DNA from: Promethearchaeota archaeon
GTDB lineage: Archaea > Asgardarchaeota > Thorarchaeia > Thorarchaeales > Thorarchaeaceae
Direction: 5' to 3'
NCBI GenBank assembly: GCA_027031765.1
Contig: JALVPN010000224.1
Coordinates: 1 to 8,167, forward strand
DNA length: 8,167 bases
Below are positions 5,509-8,167 of the stretch, one piece after another. The first letter of the stretch is position 1, and the number at the start of each line of letters is the position of its first letter. Position numbers and translations under genes: made by a program. A model generated the notes under the pieces. It was not told the DNA's origin, ran no database searches, and was given only the letters and a program-made list of their open reading frames with translations.

Positions 5509-7071
5509 ATGAAGATTGTGGAATGTGTGCCCAATTTCTCTGAGGGTAGGCGCATGGAGGTCATTGACGCCCTTGCCGAGGCCATCAGGAGTGTCGAGGG
5601 TGTCCGACTCTTGGACATAGAGTACGACCACGACCACAACAGGTCGGTGTTCACGTTCATCGGTGAGCCCCAGCGTGTCAAGGAGGCAGCGCTCAAGGCG
5701 GCAGAGCTTGCAGTCAAGGAGATTGACCTTACGAAGCACGAGGGTGCGCACCCAAGGATGGGCGCTGTGGACGTAGTGCCGTTCATCCCGCTACACGGAG
5801 TGACCATTGGTGAGTGCATCGAACTATCAAAGCAGTTCGCCGAGGAGTTCTCATCAAGGTGCAACGTGCCCGTATACCTGTATGCAAAGTCGGCCACCAG
5901 ACCAGACCGGGTAGACCTCCCGAACATAAGAGAGGGGGAGTTTGAGGGGCTCAGGGAGCTGATAGGTACAGACCCCACAAAGGACCCGGACTACGGGCCA
6001 AAGAAGGTCCATCCCACGGCCGGGTGCACAGCGACTGGTGCACGGAACTTCCTGATAGCGTTCAACTGCAACCTGAACACCACTGACGTGCGAGTGGCAA
6101 AGGCGTGTGCTGACGCCGTGCGGGCCACTACAGGCGGTTTCGTCTACGTGCAGGGCATCGGACTCGACCTGCCAGAGAAGGGGATGGTACAGGTCTCCCT
6201 GAACCTGACCCACCCGAAGCGCACCAAGATCCACCAGGTCCTCGAGGTGGTGAGGAACGAGGCCCGGAGGTTCGGTGCCACTGTGGTCGAGACAGAGATT
6301 GTTGGTATGATACCACTCTTTGCAGTCCTTGATGCCTTCAGGTACTACGTCCAGCCTGTGAAACTGGACGAGTCAATGATACTTGACCTCTACTACCTTG
6401 GCGGTGCGGAAGACCCGAGGATGAAGTCGTTCACTGAGATGTCACTCATCGAGTTTGGGAACCAAGTGCGTCGTGCGAGGGCCACGCCCGGAGGCGGCAG
6501 TGTTGCAGCAGCGATGGGCTCGCTTGGGGCAGCACTGGTCTGTATGGTGACCGGACTTTCCCTGTCAGGGCGGAAGTTCGCAGCCATAAAGGAGGAGATG
6601 CTGGCCCACCGCCACGCCTGTGAGAACGACAGGGGGATACTGATGGGACTTGTCGAGGAAGACTCAGCAGCCTTCGACCAAGTAATGGCTGCGTTCAAGC
6701 TGCCTGAGGAGACCGAGGAGCAGAAGCAGGAGAAGGAAACAGCACTCCAAGAGGCCACAAAACACGCTGCTGAGGTACCGCTTACGACCATGAAGCACGC
6801 GTTCAACGCACTTGAGCACGCACTGGTCGCAGCCGAGAAGGGAAACATCAATGCAATCACCGATGCGGGTGTCGCAGCCCACGCACTGATGGCAGCAATC
6901 GAGGGCGCGGCGCTCAACGTGAGGATCAACCTCGGCAACATCAAGGACAGGGAGTTTGTAGAGAGGGTCGAGGCCGAGGTGCAGCGTCTGATTGCAGAGG
7001 GTACTGAACTCAAACGCAAGGTGCTGGAGCTAGTAGAGGCCAGGATGAAAGAGCTCGCAGAGGGGAAGTAG
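5509..7071 (+). CDS. ftcd: Fused glutamate formimidoyltransferase / formimidoyl-THF cyclodeaminase (FTCD)
   Basis: 520 aa. Formiminotransferase domain about aa 1-295 (VECVPNFSEGR, DHNRSV, HPRMGAVDVVPFIP with His81, GAR, E-I-VG). Cyclodeaminase domain about aa 311-520 (TPGGGSVAA, LVEEDSAAF with Asp385, PL-x(17)-GNINAITDAGVA, AALNVRINL). Confidence 0.96.
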   Translation: MKIVECVPNFSEGRRMEVIDALAEAIRSVEGVRLLDIEYDHDHNRSVFTFIGEPQRVKEAALKAAELAVKEIDLTKHEGAHPRMGAVDVVPFIPLHGVTIGECIELSKQFAEEFSSRCNVPVYLYAKSATRPDRVDLPNIREGEFEGLRELIGTDPTKDPDYGPKKVHPTAGCTATGARNFLIAFNCNLNTTDVRVAKACADAVRATTGGFVYVQGIGLDLPEKGMVQVSLNLTHPKRTKIHQVLEVVRNEARRFGATVVETEIVGMIPLFAVLDAFRYYVQPVKLDESMILDLYYLGGAEDPRMKSFTEMSLIEFGNQVRRARATPGGGSVAAAMGSLGAALVCMVTGLSLSGRKFAAIKEEMLAHRHACENDRGILMGLVEEDSAAFDQVMAAFKLPEETEEQKQEKETALQEATKHAAEVPLTTMKHAFNALEHALVAAEKGNINAITDAGVAAHALMAAIEGAALNVRINLGNIKDREFVERVEAEVQRLIAEGTELKRKVLELVEARMKELAEGK

Positions 7072-7125
7072 GCCGCCACTAGAGGCGCGCCCTCCCCTCC
7101 CCGTCCTGCCGGGCGCCGCATGCCA

Positions 7126-7141
7126 GTGCTGGGGTGCTGGG
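7126..7141 (+). repeat. Short tandem repeat (GTGCTGGG)x2
   Basis: Two exact adjacent copies in the ftcd-ABC spacer. Confidence 0.5.
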
Positions 7142-7258
7142 GCTGCACTGGGCCGGTCCATCTGTCTGTGGGTCTAGAGGAGCAACAGGCGGACAGTCTG
7201 CACCGGGGCCGTGGTGGATGCGACCACGGAGGGAAACGGCAGGCTACGTGACTGGATA

Positions 7259-7273
7259 GTGAAGACATATATC
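7259..7273 (+). promoter_or_regulatory. Putative archaeal BRE/TATA (GTGAAGAC-ATATATC) for the ABC genes
   Basis: ATATAT at 7267-7272 with purine-rich upstream bases, 31 nt before ATG 7304; fits a short-leader or near-leaderless transcript. Confidence 0.5.
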
Positions 7274-7303
7274 CTCTCGGGCGAGGCGAGCGGGACGATA
7301 GCA

Positions 7304-8068
7304 ATGATTGAGGTCATCGAGCTCACCCGGAAGTTCGGAGAGCTGACTGCGGTCTGTGGACTGACATTCAGTGTCCGGGCGGGTGAAATATACGGCCTCC
7401 TGGGGCCCAACGGCTCCGGCAAGACCACCACGATGCGGATGATACTCGGACTGCTCAGGCCGACGAGCGGTACGGTGAGAGTAGGCGGACACGACCTCAG
7501 CAAGGAAATCGTAGCAGCCAAGCGGATGATGGGATACGTGCCAGAGGAGCCCGTCCTCCCCGAGACGCTCACGGGCTGGGAGTACATGAACTACATCAGT
7601 GACATCTGGCGCATTGAAAGGGGGCCACAGAGAGAGGCAGAGATAGAGCGGTTGTTCGGGCTCCTTGACATACTGGACGCGAGCGACGACCTCATAGAGA
7701 CCTACTCGAAGGGCATGTCCCGCAAGCTGAGCCTTGCCGCGGCCCTCATTCACAGGCCCCGTGTGCTCATTATGGACGAGGTGCAGGCTGGGATTGACCC
7801 AAAGGGGGCAGCAGTGATCAAGCAGATCACGCTGGGCCTACGGGAGAGGGGCGCTGCAATACTGATGTCAACCCACGTCCTTGAGATTGCGGAGCGGATG
7901 TGCGACAGGATAGGGATCATCCATGAGGGCACGATGGTCGCCGAGGGCACCATGGAGCAGCTGCGCAGTAAGGCGGAAGGAGAGAAGAGCCTTGAGGACA
8001 TTTTCCTCAGTCTTACGGGCGGCCCAGACATGCACAGGATAGCGGAGTTCCTGGAGGAAGTGGGGTGA
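7304..8068 (+). CDS. ABC transporter ATP-binding protein (ABC-2/exporter type)
   Basis: Walker A GPNGSGKTT, Q-loop region YVPEEP, signature YSKGM, Walker B LIMDE, D-loop GIDP, H-loop STH. Start moved from the track's 7211 to ATG 7304 (MIEVIELTRKFG), a typical ABC N-terminus downstream of the TATA-like box; 254 aa. Confidence 0.93.
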   Translation: MIEVIELTRKFGELTAVCGLTFSVRAGEIYGLLGPNGSGKTTTMRMILGLLRPTSGTVRVGGHDLSKEIVAAKRMMGYVPEEPVLPETLTGWEYMNYISDIWRIERGPQREAEIERLFGLLDILDASDDLIETYSKGMSRKLSLAAALIHRPRVLIMDEVQAGIDPKGAAVIKQITLGLRERGAAILMSTHVLEIAERMCDRIGIIHEGTMVAEGTMEQLRSKAEGEKSLEDIFLSLTGGPDMHRIAEFLEEVG

Positions 8069-8167
8069 CCAGATCAGACCTGTTGGTGCTCCTGCGGCTA
8101 GACCTCCGGCGAGGGTTCAGGCTGACGGGTGCTCGGGGGCGGCGTACGGAGAACCGTGGAGTGGGAC
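8065..8167 (+). CDS. Probable ABC permease/membrane partner, N-terminal fragment (partial)
   Basis: GTG start overlaps the ATPase stop (GTGA); GGAGG at 8053-8057; open to the window edge (MTRSDLLVLLRLDLRRGFRLTGARGRRTENRGVG). The function is inferred from context only. Confidence 0.6.
   Translation, partial: MTRSDLLVLLRLDLRRGFRLTGARGRRTENRGVG

Noticed and set aside
1973-7231. Shared 9-mer ACCACGGAG at 1973 and 7223
   Set aside because: About one such match is expected by chance among roughly 900 bp of intergenic DNA, and the flanking inverted-repeat spacings differ (9 versus 7 nt).
7211-7303. 31-aa N-terminal extension of the ABC ATPase given by the ORF track
   Set aside because: It spans the TATA-like box at 7267-7272, and ABC homology begins at MIEV (7304).
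6393-7304. 303-aa minus-strand ORF (also 5424-5978, 2641-3219, 4716-5135 and other short antisense ORFs)
   Set aside because: These overlap well-supported genes on the opposite strand, have Ser/Ala/Arg-rich shadow composition, and show no family motifs.

Overview
GC-rich, probably archaeal window; an Asgard/Thorarchaeota-like origin is inferred, not shown. Left end, minus strand: a multi-PAS sensor histidine kinase (about 1761 to <1) that runs off the window and is missing from the ORF track. Divergent from it on the plus strand: a pyridoxamine-5'-phosphate-oxidase-like split-barrel protein, then a folate one-carbon cluster of fhs (formate-THF ligase), folD (methylene-THF dehydrogenase/cyclohydrolase) and a fused formiminotransferase-cyclodeaminase (FTCD). 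An ABC ATPase and the start of its probable permease follow. No rRNA, tRNA, CRISPR array or mobile element was seen. The most interesting points are the THF-linked formimino-to-formate module with a fused FTCD in a probable archaeon, an octamer (CTGCGTCA) found upstream of all three C1 genes, and a repeat- and hairpin-rich 285-bp spacer between folD and ftcd.
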